63,149 nucleotides of DNA from NCBI RefSeq assembly GCF_006345805.1, contig NW_021832400.1:1-63149 (forward strand). The letters are read 5' to 3'. Made by a program: the position numbers and the translations under genes. Origin of the DNA: Octopus sinensis (lineage: Eukaryota). Below the pieces are notes generated by a model. The model was not told where the DNA came from and did no database searches. It saw only the letters and a program-made list of their open reading frames with translations. Below, in pieces: positions 27,286 through 40,081 of this stretch; positions within the stretch are counted from its first letter, which is position 1; each line of letters starts with the position of its first letter.

Positions 27286-27645
27286 GAGTGAGAGAGCAGT
27301 GCATGCCATCAAAGTGACACTGGGGTAAACTATACGATGCCCAGTATACCCATCGTGACTACCCGTCTGACAAGGGTACACTAGGCACATGCATCACAAC
27401 CATATGTGCGCGACATGATGATCTCATATCAACACAAACAGCACATGACCTTGCAGATGGGGCCCAGTTAGAATTTTCTTCTGGTCGAGTAGCCCATCCC
27501 GCTCTAAAGGTCTCTGAATAAGGGTTGTTTAAGGATGTTGAACGAACCACCCATGTTTCCAAAGGGGAATTATTCAAACCCCAAAGAATCCCTCTCAACA
27601 CATGGCTATGATGCTCCCCCACTACTTCTGCTCGTGATCAGATGC

Positions 27646-27646
<1 letters not shown>
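27286..27646 (-). mobile_element. Family E element flanked by (TTA)n on both sides
   Basis: Homologous to 3086-3540; same constant end, shorter variable end. Confidence 0.8.
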
Positions 27647-27676
<30 letters not shown>

Positions 27677-27773
27677 TATTATTATTATTATTATTGCATT
27701 TTTATTGCTGTTGTTATTACAGTTATTATTGTTATAGATGTAAATTTTGTCGTTATTGCTGATTTTGCGTCTC

Positions 27774-27805
<32 letters not shown>

Positions 27806-28176
27806 TTCTCACTCTCTTGCTCCTCCTCCGCCTCTCTTTCCTCCTTTCTCCCCTACTCTCCTCTGTGCCTCTGCTCTCAAGTTCAACTCCAACTCCAACG
27901 TACAAAATTCCTGCAATGATGTCCCCCCCTCCCCCGCCTTCCATCACCACAACCAACACCCTCACCTCAACTCCCCCACTTACCTATTTCCTTTCTTTAA
28001 CAAAAAGACCCAGTTTTTCTAATAGATACAAGGAATCAATTCCTTTAATGGAATTACCAATTTATAATTTAGTTTACACCTCCTCCCCCTCCTTTAACTT
28101 CAACTCATCTGCTTTCTTCCAGTCCCACCCCACCCCACCCTACTAATGTAATTTCTTTTACGCACACGTGTGTGCT

Positions 28177-28212
<36 letters not shown>

Positions 28213-28705
28213 TGACACAAGGGTGTGTGTGTACATATATACACATATTTGTTTATATATATATATATATATATAATATATATATATGTATGTATGTATG
28301 TATGTATATATATATGTATGTATGTATGTATATATATATATAATATATATATGTATATATATATATATATATATTATATGTATGTATGTATGTGTGTATG
28401 TATGTATGTATATATATATATATATATACATATATGCATTTCTATATACATAAACATGTGTCAATTTGTATGTGTATATAGCCATATAAATACATATGTA
28501 TATATGCATATATATAAACATGTTACATATGTACATACATACAAGCATACACACACACACAAAACATATACATGAACACACACATATATACACACACACA
28601 CGCGTCTACACATACGTACATGTACATACATGCATTCATATGTATGCACGTAGATTACACACATTTGCATTCAGACGCACACATTCGCATGTATGTACAT
28701 TATAT

Positions 28706-28737
<32 letters not shown>

Positions 28738-28740
28738 GTG

Positions 28741-28774
<34 letters not shown>

Positions 28775-28795
28775 TAATATATATGTATTTATATA

Positions 28796-28877
<82 letters not shown>

Positions 28878-29446
28878 CACATACATACATGCATATGTAC
28901 ACTCACATTTGTACACCATGCAAGTATAGCTTCACAAACCTACACACGTACTCAAACACGCCAAACCTATTTCGAGTCCTCAGACTAATTTCCTCTCGTT
29001 TAAACTTTATCTCACCAAGCTTCATGTTATTGTTGATGTTGTTCTCGTTATTTTCTTGTATTTGTCTTTCTTTCTCTCTTTCTCTCTCTCTCTATTTCTC
29101 TCTCTCTCTATTTCTCTCTCTCTTTCTCGCTTTCTTTATTGTGCTTCTTTAACATCATGTTGTTTTCCTTCATTTTTCCCCTTTTCTTTTGTTTTTTCAT
29201 TTGCCAATTTCTCGTTCGTTTCTCTTTCGTTATTTTACTTAATTTCTGTGCGTTTCATTCATCCACGCATTCCTTCTTTCTTTCTTTCCTTCAGTCGTTG
29301 CTCCTCAGCCTTTCTTCTCTGATCGTTTTTTTTTCCTCGTTCGTCCATCAAGTGGAATCATTCTCGATATGTACTTTTAGGTTCCAAAGTTAAATTCGAA
29401 CTAGGTACACATCATTAAAAAAAAATGATGATAACACACTCAAATA

Positions 29447-29850
29447 CTCTCTTTTACTCTTTTACTTGTTTCGGTCATTTGACTACCGCCATACTGGAGC
29501 ACCGCCTTTAATCGAGCAACTCGACCCCGAGACTTATTCTTTTGTAAGCCCAGTACTTATTCTATCGGTCTCTTGTGCCGAACCGTTAAGTAACGGGTAA
29601 CATAAACACACCAGCATCGGTTGTCAAGCAATGCTAGGGGTACAAACACAGACACACAAACACACACACACACGCATATATATATATACATATATACGAC
29701 GGGCTTCTTTCAGTTTCCGTCTACCAAATCCACTCACAAGGCTTTGGTCGGCCCGAGACTATAGTAGAAGACATTTGCCCAAGATGCCACGCAGTGGGAC
29801 TGAACCCGGAACCATGTGGTTGGTTAGCAAGCTACTTACAACACAGCCAC
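29447..29850 (-). mobile_element. SINE family A, near full length
   Basis: Diagnostic blocks present. Confidence 0.9.
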
Positions 29851-30072
29851 GTACACAAATCGTGCAACATTTTCTACATTTCAAGTAATCCGAAACTTCG
29901 AAGTCCCTTTCAAACTTTTTTTGTGGTTCTGTGGTCAGAAGGTTGCTTCCCAACCACGCGGTTCCGCGTTCAGTCCCACTGCACAATACCTTGCTCTATC
30001 CTCGGATGAAAAGATCCTTGTGAGTGGATTTGGTAAACGTAAACTGAAAGAAGCCCATTGTGTATATATATA

Positions 30073-30255
30073 GGCGTAGGATTGGCTGTGTGGTAAGTAG
30101 CTTGCTTACCAACTACATGGTTCCGGGTTCAGTCCCACTGCATGGCACCTCGAGCAAATGTCTTCTACTATAGCCTCGGGCCGACCAAAGCCTTGTGAGT
30201 GGATTTAGTAGACGGAAACTGAAAGATGACCGTCGTATCTATGTATGTGTATATG

Positions 30256-30298
<43 letters not shown>

Positions 30299-30495
30299 CT
30301 TTTTGTCCGCCCCCCCCCCACATCGCTTGACAACCGATGCTGGTGTCTTTACGTCCCCGTAACTTAGCGGTTTCGGCAAAAGAGACCGATAGAATAAGTA
30401 CTAGGGTAACAAAGAAAAATCCTGGGGTAGATTTGCTCGACTAAAGGCGGTGCTCCAGCATGGCCACAGTCAAATGACTGAAACAAGTAAAAGAG
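30073..30495 (+). mobile_element. SINE family A, full length
   Basis: Head GGCGTAGGATTGGCTGTGTGG to tail AAGTAAAAGAG. Confidence 0.9.
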
Positions 30496-30607
30496 AGTAC
30501 AGAGTACACTCATCATTTCGAGGATGATAGCATCCAAGTTTCCCGGTTCCAAGGCCTTGAAATTTTGATGTCTATTGATTTCGCCATTTTCTTTTCTTAT
30601 ACATATA

Positions 30608-31004
30608 CTAGCAAACACAGCCGTCCTGTGGTCAGTTTAAGATATAAATAGATAATAAAACAAAAAAATGTGAAAGCAACTAAAATATATTCTGCAATGA
30701 AAATACAGGGTCATATAGATTTTAAAATATGAAAAACAGTCGAAATAAATAGACAAAATCCTTTCACGTTTATAAAATGCTCTAACCAAAACCCTCAACA
30801 ATATACACCAATACCCATGTTAAAAAATATAGAAAGTAACAATCAGGAGTGGCTGTGTGGTAAGTAGCTTGTTTACCAACCACATGGTTCCGGGTTCAGT
30901 TCCACTGTGTGGCACCTTGGGCAAGTGTCTTCTACTATAGCCTCGGGCCGACCAAAGCCTTGTGAGTGGATTTGGTAGACGGAAACTGAAAGAAGCCCGT
31001 CGCA

Positions 31005-31050
<46 letters not shown>

Positions 31051-31610
31051 TGTGTGTGTTTGTGTGTCTGTATTTGTCCCCCTAGCATTGCTTGACAACC
31101 GATGCTGGTGTGTTTATGTCCCCGTTACTTAGCGGTTCGGCAAAAGAGACCGATAGAATAAGTACTGGGCTTACAAAAGAATAAGTCCCGGGGTCGAGTT
31201 GCTCGACTAAAAGGCGGTGCTCCAGCATGGCTGCAGTCAAATGACTGAAACAAGTAAAAGAGTAAAAGAGTAAATTACAACTTATAAATAAATATAAATC
31301 AAAAATGTGAAAACCACTAAAAAGTATTCTCCAATGCCAATATACGACCATATAGATTTAAAAAGTATGGAAGACCCTACATACAAAAATCTATGTACAT
31401 ACAATGAATTAGAGACAAACATGTGTAAACTACCGTTTTCCCCGGTTTTTCATTTTATGCAGGAGCTCTGGGCAAAATGTTGTAGTGCATGACCATCCTT
31501 GGCACATAAGTAATGTGTGTGTAAAGTTTAATGAAAATCGGTTGAGAATTGTGGAAATGAATGCCTTAGCCAATATACACATACATACTGGAGTTTATAT
31601 ATATTAAATA
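30608..31610 (-). mobile_element. Helitron-like element carrying a nested SINE A (30844-31270); duplicated copy at ~32014-32990
   Basis: CTAG with adjacent hairpin CACAGCCGTCCTGTG; the opposite end is weak. Confidence 0.55.
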
Positions 31611-31666
31611 TGTGTATGTGAGTATGTATATATATATATATATGTTGTGTATATTATATATATATA

Positions 31667-31707
<41 letters not shown>

Positions 31708-32250
31708 CTTTTTGTCCCCCCCCCAACATCGCTTGACAACCGATGCTGGTGTCTTTACGTCCCCGTAACTTAGCGGTTTCGGCAAAAGAGACCGATAGAA
31801 TAAGTACTAGGGTAACAAAGAAAAATCCTGGGGTAGATTTGCTCGACTAAAAGGCGGTGCTCCAGCATGGCCACAGTCAAATGACTGAAACAAGTAAAAG
31901 AGAGTACAGAGTACACTCATCATTTCGAGGATGATAGCATCCAAGTTTCCCGTTCCAAGGCCTTGAAATTTTGATGTCTATTGATTTCGCCATTTTCTTT
32001 TCTTATACATATACTAGCAAACACAGCCGTCCTGTGGTCAGTTTAAGATATAAATAGATAATAAAACAAAAAAATGTGAAAGCAACTAAAATATATTCTG
32101 CAATGAAAATACAGGGTCATATAGATTTTAAAATATGAAAAACAGTCGAAATAAATAGACAAAATCCTTTCACGTTTATAAAATTCTCTAACCAAAACCC
32201 TCAAACAATATACACCAATACCCATGTTAAAAAATATAGAAAGTAACAAT

Positions 32251-32657
32251 CAGGAGTGGCTGTGTGGTAAGTAGCTTGTCTACCAACCACATGGTTCCGG
32301 GTTCAGTCCCACTGCGTGGCACCTTGTGAAAGTGTCTTCTACTATAGCCTCGGGCCGACCAAAGCCTTGTGAGTGGATTTGGTAGACGGAAACTGAAAGA
32401 AGCCCGTCGCATATATGTATATATATATATATATGCGTGTGTGTGTTTGTGTGTCTGTATTTGTCCCCCTAGCATTGCTTGACAACCGATGCTGGTGTGT
32501 TTATGTCCCCGTTACTTAGCGGTTCGGCAAAAGAAACCGATAGAATAAGTACTGGGCTTACAAAAGAATAAGTCCCGGGGTCGAGTTGCTCGACTAAAAG
32601 GCGGTGCTCCAGCATGGCCGCAGTCAAATGACTGAAACAAGTAAAAGAGTAAAAGAG
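32251..32657 (+). mobile_element. SINE family A (duplicated copy of 30844-31270)
   Basis: Same flanks as the first copy. Confidence 0.9.
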
Positions 32658-33030
32658 TAAATTACAACTTATAAATAAATATAAATCAAAAATGTGAAAA
32701 CCACTAAAAATGCCAATGCCAATATACGACCATATAGATTTAAAAAGTATGGAAGACCCTACATACAAAAATCTATGTACATACAATGAATTAGAGACAA
32801 ACATGTGTAAACTACCGTTTTCCCCGGTTTTTCATTTTATGCAGGAGCTCTGGGCAAAATGTTGTAGTGCATGACCATCCTTGGCACATAAGTAATGTGT
32901 GTGTAAAGTTTAATGAAAATCGGTTGAGAATTGTGGAAATGAATGCCTTAGCCAATATACACATACATACTGGAGTTTATATATATTAAATATGTGTATG
33001 TGAGTATGTATATATATATATATATGTGTG

Positions 33031-33084
<54 letters not shown>

Positions 33085-33098
33085 TGTATATATGTCTG

Positions 33099-33151
<53 letters not shown>

Positions 33152-33164
33152 ATGTGTGTGTGTA

Positions 33165-33197
<33 letters not shown>

Positions 33198-33802
33198 ATA
33201 TATGTGTGTGTGTGTATATATGTGTGGGTATGAGAGTGTGTGTGGGTGCGTATCTTTGTGTCTGTGATTGTCCCCCACCACGGCTTGACAATTGGTGTTG
33301 GTGTGACTAGATTCCTGCAACCTAGAGATTCGACAAAAGAAACTGATAAAAAATAAGACCTGGGGTCTATTCATTCGAGCAAACACATTCAAGGCGGCGC
33401 TCCAGCAAGGCCAAAGTCAAATGACTGAAACAAGTATAGGAATAAAAGAATAAAGTACGAACCCTACGCAAAAGTATAGAGTGATTTTAGTAATTCTTCA
33501 TTTTCGCCTTTAGCATTTAAATTTTGATGCAAGAAAACAGTGTGGAAGTCGGTTCTATATCTGAGCGCGTATGTGTGTTGCTTTTCTGTGTTTGTCCCTA
33601 GTCACCGCTTGACAACCGGTGTTGGTGTGTTTGAGTTCCCCTTACTTAGCGGTTGGGCAAAAGGCACCGATAGAATAAATACCAGACTTTATATAAAAAA
33701 TAACAAGTACTGGATCGGTTCGTTCGACTAAAATTTCTTCAAAGCGATACCCCAGCTTGGCCGCATTCACTCAAACAAATAAGAGAAAAGACATGTGTTT
33801 AT

Positions 33803-33840
<38 letters not shown>

Positions 33841-33927
33841 AAGGGTGAAAAGGAACACACGAGTTGATATATATGAAAAAACAAGTCAAAAATAGAAAAT
33901 GCTAAAATAATTTTATAGTGAACATTT

Positions 33928-33965
33928 CAGTACCGGTTTCGGTCATTTTGAGACCTTTTCAACTG
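33928..33965 (-). ncRNA. Minimal type-I hammerhead, U3-A8 variant
   Basis: Minus strand: cag TTGAAAA ggtc tcaaaat gacc GAAA ccgg TA ctg. Confidence 0.8.
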
Positions 33966-34320
33966 TAACGATTAAATAATTAAATTTAGAAAAATTAGAA
34001 GAAAAGTTTTTTTACAGGAATATTTCTATAGTAGTGTTCAGATATAAGTGGCATTCTGCCTTTCTCTGACTCCCTTGTTTGCACTTGTGTGTTCGGGGTC
34101 GTTGTGAGTTCTTGGTAGGGTAGAAGAAGAAGAAGGCTGATGAGGAAAGGGGGTGGGAAAATCTGGGAGTGCCCTGATGGTCGTATTTTGAATGGTCAGT
34201 GGCGGCTAGCAGTCGCAGTTCAATTCAGGAGAATATTTCTATTGAAAGGCTTGTTTATGGAATTTGCGTAGGTGTTATACTAAAAAACATTAGTGACAAA
34301 GTTAAGGGGTAGAAGGTGGA

Positions 34321-34615
34321 GAGAAGAAGAAGAAGAAGAAGAAGAAGATGACGATGTTGATGATGATGATGATGATGAAGAAGAAGAAGAAGAAGAAAGA
34401 AGAAGAAGAAGAAGAAGAAAGAAGAAGAAGAAGAGAAGAAGAAGAAGAAGAAGATGACGATGTTGATGATGATGATGATGATGAAGAAGAAGAAGAAGAA
34501 GAAGAAGAAGAAGAAGAAGAAGGAAAAGATGATGATGATGATGATGGTGGTGATGATGATGACGACGATGATGATGATAATGATGATGATGAAGAAGAAG
34601 AGGAAGAAGAAGAAA
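34321..34615. repeat. (GAA)n/(GAT)n purine-rich microsatellite
   Basis: Directly visible. Confidence 0.95.
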
Positions 34616-34771
34616 AAATCAGAGAAGGGAGAATATGAATGGGTGAAAGTAGTGAGGTGTTGTATGACTTGAAGTTGCATGTATGACCGAAACCGGTACT
34701 GAAATGTTCACTATAAAATTATTTTAGCATTTTCTATTTTTGACTTGTTTTTTCATATATATATATATATA

Positions 34772-34809
<38 letters not shown>

Positions 34810-34879
34810 TGTGTGTGTGTGCGTGTGCGTGTGTGTGTGTGTGTTAGAAGAAATGAGGTACTCAGAAAATCGGATGGTT

Positions 34880-35102
34880 TATATTTACAGTTCTGACCCA
34901 AATATTCCTCTGTTTTATATTCAAACTGGCCAGATCCAACGCGCCTCCCTCCTACCTAACAATGTCATTTAAAAAAAAAAACATAATTGAAATGGCCAAT
35001 CGCATCATGGAAATCTCTAAGCTGCGAGATAGCACCATGATTAATTCAAAACAACGTGAATAAACACGCTTTACGTTTGACAGTAATCTGGACGCTAAAG
35101 GG
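34880..35102. mobile_element. Diverged copy of the 9110-9326 TTAA MITE (right end recognisable)
   Basis: TATATTCAAACTGGCCA, GATTAATTCAAAACAA and GCTAAAGGG|TTAA shared with 9110-9326. Confidence 0.65.
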
Positions 35103-35180
35103 TTAATGCTAAAACATTTTTATATATAACTTGGCATGAAAACAAACATTAATACACTCGTGTGTATGTGTGCAAGCATG

Positions 35181-35265
<85 letters not shown>

Positions 35266-35367
35266 CACGCGAGGCTTATGAACGATATACATGGTGGACC
35301 TGCCTGTTTCCACATTCGTGTCTTCGCTGTTGCTATTAAGATTAGTGTCTTGTAGTATTTTCCTAAG

Positions 35368-36512
35368 CTTATAAGCCAACTCGTTACAGGGTGTGGTGTT
35401 TACAAACATTACATTATCGAATATAGTGTTGCCCTTCTATATTCTACTAACATTTGTATCTATGGGTGTTCTATTGGCGAATTTGGTATTCTATCTTATA
35501 AGCCAACTCGTTACAGGGTGTGGTGTTTACAAACATTACATTATCGAATATAGTGTTGCCCTTCTATATTCTACTAACATTTGTATCTATGGGTGTTCTA
35601 TTGGCGAATTTGGTATTCTATCTTATAAGCCAACTCGTTACAGGGTGTGGTGTTTACAAACATTACATTATCGAATATAGTGTTGCCCTTCTATATTCTA
35701 CTAACATTTGTATCTATGGGTGTTCTATTGGCGAATTTGGTATTCTATCTTATAAGCCAACTCGTTACAGGGTGTGGTGTTTACAAACATTACTTATCGA
35801 ATATAGTGTTGCCCTTCTATATTCTACTAACATTTGTATCTATGGGTGTTCTATTGGCGAATTTGGTATTCTATCTTATAAGCCAACTCGTTACAGGGTG
35901 TGGTGTTTACAAACATTACATTATCGAATATAGTGTTGCCCTTCTATATTCTACTAACATTTGTATCTATGGGTGTTCTATTGGCGAATTTGGTATTCTA
36001 TCTTATAAGCCAACTCGTTACAGGGTGTGGTGTTTACAAACATTACGATATCGAATATAGTGTTGCCCTTCTATATTCTACTGGAAGCACTACGTCGGTT
36101 CCGACGACGAGGGTTCCGGTTGATCCGAATCAACGGAAAAAGCCTGCTAGTGAAATTAACGTGTAAGTGGCTGAGCGCTCCACAGACACGTGTACTCTTA
36201 ACGTAGTTCTCGGGGATATTCAGCGTGACACAGAGAGTGACAAGGCCGGCCCTTTTAAAATACAGGTACAACAGAAACAGGAAGTAAGAGTGAGAGAAAG
36301 TTGTGGTGAAAGAGTACAGCAGGGATCACCACCACCCCCTGCCGGAGCCTCGTGAAGCTTTTAGGTGTTTTCGCTCAATAAACACTCACAACGCCCAGTC
36401 TGGGAATCGAAACCGCGATCCTACGACCGCGAGTCCGCTGCTCTAACCACTGGGCTATATTCTACTAACATTTGTATCTATGGCTGTTCTATTGACGAAT
36501 TTGGTATTCTAT
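35368..36512. repeat. 127-bp tandem satellite, five near-identical units plus a sixth interrupted by a SINE
   Basis: Unit starts CTTATAAGCCAACTCG at 35368, 35495, 35622, 35749, 35875 and 36002. Confidence 0.95.
36083..36454 (-). mobile_element. SINE family C, slightly 5'-truncated
   Basis: 12-bp TSD CTATATTCTACT at 36071-36082 and 36455-36466. Confidence 0.92.
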
Positions 36513-36635
36513 AAAGGCAGGAAACATTCCATTTGCATACGTTTTTTCCTATGTCTGTTAACCGTTATTCTAATATGTGCGTTTGTGTGTGCAGTTTGTG
36601 ATAAATTTTCCGGCTTCTATAAAACGTATATTACT

Positions 36636-36759
36636 CTTAACGTGACAGTCCTGTAAGGGAATTGCACCACCGCTGTTTAGCCCTAGGAAGCATCGACGCT
36701 TCCTGTCGGCCTTGACACATTTCCTGGGTGCAATTCCCTTACAGGACTGCCACGTTAAG
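36636..36759. repeat. 124-bp hairpin or mini inverted-repeat element
   Basis: 33-bp arms with 32/33 match (36636-36668 and 36727-36759); TTAA inside both outer ends; inner hairpin AGGAAGC/GCTTCCT. Confidence 0.85.
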
Positions 36760-37034
36760 TTGACAGTATACAACCACTCTATCGCTCCACCACCGTACAT
36801 ATCTCTATGAGATATTTAGAAATTTAATATTTCTGATATATTACTCTACGTTTGGTATTCGTGTAGTATTTTGTCCATCTTGTTTCCAATTTATGTGCTT
36901 ATGAGGGTGGGGGTATACGCAGGCCTTCCACCAATGATGTTCCGTTTAGGACTGCATAAAGAGTGGAAAGTTTTCGAGCAAGACGATCTTATCTGTCTAT
37001 TCTATAATATGATATAAATCTATACTGCTCTATG

Positions 37035-37624
37035 TACAAGGCCCGAAATTTTGGGGGAGGGGTCCAATCGATTAGATCGCTTCCAGTAGGCAACTGGTAC
37101 TTAATTTATCGACCCCGAAGGGATGCAAGACAAAGTCGACCTCGGCGGAATTTTAACTCAGAACGTAAAGACCTCTAAGCATTTCGCCCGGCGTGCTAAC
37201 GTTTCTTTTTTTTTTATTACCCACAAGGAGCTAAACATAGGGGGGACAAACAAGGACAGACAAAGGGATAAGTCGGTTACATCGACCCCAGTGCATAACT
37301 GGTACTTAATTTATCGATCCCGAAAGACAAAGTCGACCTCGGCAGAATTTGAACTCAGAACGTAAAGACCTCTAAGCATTTCGCCTGGCGTGCTAACATT
37401 TCTTATTTCTTTACTGCCCACAAGGGACTTAGCATAGAGCGGACAAACAAACAAAAGACAAAGGGATTAAGTCGATTACATCGACCCCAGTGCGTAACTG
37501 GTACTTAATTTATCGATCCCGAAGGGATGAAAGGCAAAGCCGACCTCGACGGAATTTGAACTCAGAACGTAATGACCTCTAAGCATTTCGCCCGGCGTGC
37601 TAACGTTTCTGCCAGCTCGCCGCC
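37035..37624 (-). mobile_element. SINE family B trimer; second junction type; terminal unit has the alternative tail
   Basis: Units restart at GAAACGTTAGCACG; final tail CCCCCAAAAATTTCGGGCCTTGTA. Confidence 0.88.
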
Positions 37625-38066
37625 TTATATTCTATGCTATATTTGTGAAAAGGGCGGACGCTCTTTCAGGTGCAGTTGTGCAGGCAAAAGTGTTTGTAAA
37701 GGTGTTCGGATTGAGCTGAAAATTTGCACGCCTGTGGTCAAGGTGCTGGCGAGTATGCATGGCAAATTTCAGTTTGCTCCATTGAAACGCGTGGCCGCTA
37801 GGGCAAAAATTCATCGTCTTTAAACGTACCTTGAGAAGTGTTTGTGTCCTCTCTTTCTATACGTAACAGCCTTTCTTCCGCAATCTCTCTCTCTCTCTCT
37901 CTCTTTCCTCCCTTCCCTTCACGTTGTGTTTAGAACGGAATCTGCCAGCTGAAAGCTCTCTCTTTCCCTCCCCCTCTTCGCTATCTCTTTGTCACTCTTC
38001 CTCCTCCGCCCCTCTCTCTCGCTTTCCCTCCCCCTCTTCGCAATCTCTTTGTCACTTTTCCTCCCC

Positions 38067-38102
<36 letters not shown>

Positions 38103-38954
38103 TCCCCGTCTTCGCTACCTCTTTGTCACTCTTCCTCCTCCCATCCCTCTCTCGCTCTCTAAGCCAAACTGACGTTGACCTTTACCCACTTTCCCTCTTC
38201 TCTTGGTGAGTCCCATTTTTGCCGTTGATTTCTCTTGGATGATTTAATGCCTAAATATACATTTTTTTTTTGTAAAGAATTCCAAATTCATGATGCATAA
38301 AAAAATCACAGACTATTTTCTCTTCAACATTAGCGCTATATTTTACACGTCTATCATCTTACTGTGCCTTTTTAAAAATGATTTTTTTTTATAAAGCATT
38401 TCAAAATCAAGAAACCTTAATAATCCCGGAACATTTTCTTTCTAACATTATCGTTCAGCATTCAATGCATAAATTTTATATTGACCCTCCTTATTTAGGA
38501 CTTCTTCCTCTCAGTTATTCGGTTTCCAACCAAAAATACTTCTACCTACAGTTGTTTAGTATTTAACATAAACTAATTCTATAATGCTTAGATACAATCG
38601 TTATACGGTATGCCCGACCGAAAACGCTCTGTGTATTCTACCAAAAGAAATAGAGCCCTTAAACTGCAAAGAAAGAAGGCACCTACACAGGTTCGTTCTA
38701 TTTGTTTTGTTTGTTTTTTGCCGATTTTTTTTTTTTATTTTCATTCTATTAAATGTAGAAAACTTAAATTCTGCTTGAAAAATTTTGTTGCCGAGTTAAT
38801 CCATTCAGGTTCTTTTTCATTTCTTCATTAGTGATTTAAAATTACATACAAACTTTAATACTACGCAATTTTTAACTTGCACATCAACAAGAACTTTATT
38901 TCGCTGTAAATACACTGTCGCCTTCTACATTTCCATTATTATTATTATTTCTGA

Positions 38955-39177
38955 GTTGGCAGAAACGTTGGCACGCCGGGCGAAATGCTCAGCAGTATTT
39001 CGTCTGTCGCTACGTTCTGAGTTCAAATTCCGCCGAGGTCGACTTTGCCTTTCATCCTTTCGGGGTCGATAAATTAAGTACTAGTTACGCACTGGGGTCG
39101 ATGTAGTTGACTTAATCCGTTTGTCTGTCTTTGTTTGTCCCCTCTATGTTTAGCCCCTTGTGGGCAATAAAGAAATA
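38955..39177 (+). mobile_element. SINE family B monomer
   Basis: Diagnostic blocks present. Confidence 0.88.
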
Positions 39178-39501
39178 TATTTCTACTATTATTATCGGTA
39201 TAAATCAACATGGATGGCAAATTCGCCTTCATGCCTACGTTAAAGATTATTTTTCCGTTAGCATGTTGAATAAATTGCTCAGACCACACCATATAGATCC
39301 CATCCATATCGTCTATTGTTTTTTTTTTTTCACCAATTAGGCGATCCCTCTTGCTAACCATAGCAATCAAAGCCAAAGCTCCCGTGTTGATGTACAGGTA
39401 TGGTTTTTTTGTTTTTTTTACCTATATCCTCTGTTATTTTCCTTCTGACAAATGTTGAAAGCCGAGTTGTAGCCGAGTTTATCAATTCAATTTTTGTTTA
39501 A

Positions 39502-39721
39502 CCCTTTCGTTACTGTATTTATTTTGAGATGCTCTGTGTTTCTTTCAATTACTTTAAATATAACAAAGAATTTAGTAAAATAGCTTAGTTATCATTCAGT
39601 TAGTGTTAGGAACATAAATTGTGAGTAAGGTTTGGTGGAAGATTTTAATTCAAAACTTATGAAAACAAAACATTTGTACTCAGAGCCAGAGCCAGTTTCA
39701 GCCGGATTGGTATCGAAAGGG
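39502..39721. mobile_element. piggyBac-like TTAA MITE, copy 1
   Basis: TTAA|CCCTTTCG ... CGAAAGGG|TTAA. Confidence 0.88.
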
Positions 39722-39752
39722 TTAAGAATTGTTTCTCTATTATATATTTTAA

Positions 39753-39966
39753 CCCTTTTGTTACCATATTTCTGTTGAGATGCTCTGTGTTTCTTTCAAT
39801 TACTTTAAATATAACAAAGAATTTAGTAAAATACCTTAGTTATTATTCAGCTAGTGTTAGGAACATAAATTGTGACTCAGGTTTGGTGGAAGATTTTAAT
39901 TCAAAACTTATGAAAACAAAACATTTGTACTCAGAGCCAGTTTCGGCCAGGTTGATAACGAAAGGG
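39753..39966. mobile_element. piggyBac-like TTAA MITE, copy 2
   Basis: TTAA|CCCTTTTG ... CGAAAGGG|TTAA; homologous to copy 1. Confidence 0.88.
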
Positions 39967-40081
39967 TTAATTTCCCCATATTTGAGTTCTACTTTCATAC
40001 AAACCTTCATACTCCGCATTTTAAAATATTTTCGCTGTAAATCAACTGTCGCCTTCTACAGTTACAATTAATATTTTATCG

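Larger units (their letters stand above)
30265..33030. repeat. Tandem duplication of ~1.4 kb (units ~30265-31670 and ~31670-33030)
   Basis: Near-identical sequence offset by 1409 bp at the start and 1381 bp near the end; boundaries lie in (TG)/(TA) tracts. Confidence 0.92.
33871..34758. mobile_element. Penelope-like fold-back element with perfect 76-bp inverted arms and an internal (GAA)/(GAT)n expansion
   Basis: 33871-33946 is the exact reverse complement of 34683-34758; both ends abut (TA)n. Confidence 0.8.

Noticed and set aside
34348-34638. Acidic poly-E/D ORF
   Set aside because: (GAA)/(GAT)n expansion inside a fold-back element
34685-34701. GACC GAAA CCGG TA CTG on the plus strand
   Set aside because: Only the inverted-arm copy of the 3' half of the 33928 ribozyme
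35393-36166. Repeated MVFTNITLSNIV... hydrophobic ORFs
   Set aside because: Frame-shifting read-through of a 127-bp unit (not a multiple of 3)
35368-36512. Possible CRISPR-like or retrozyme array
   Set aside because: Units are identical with no unique spacers, and no ribozyme core was found on either strand
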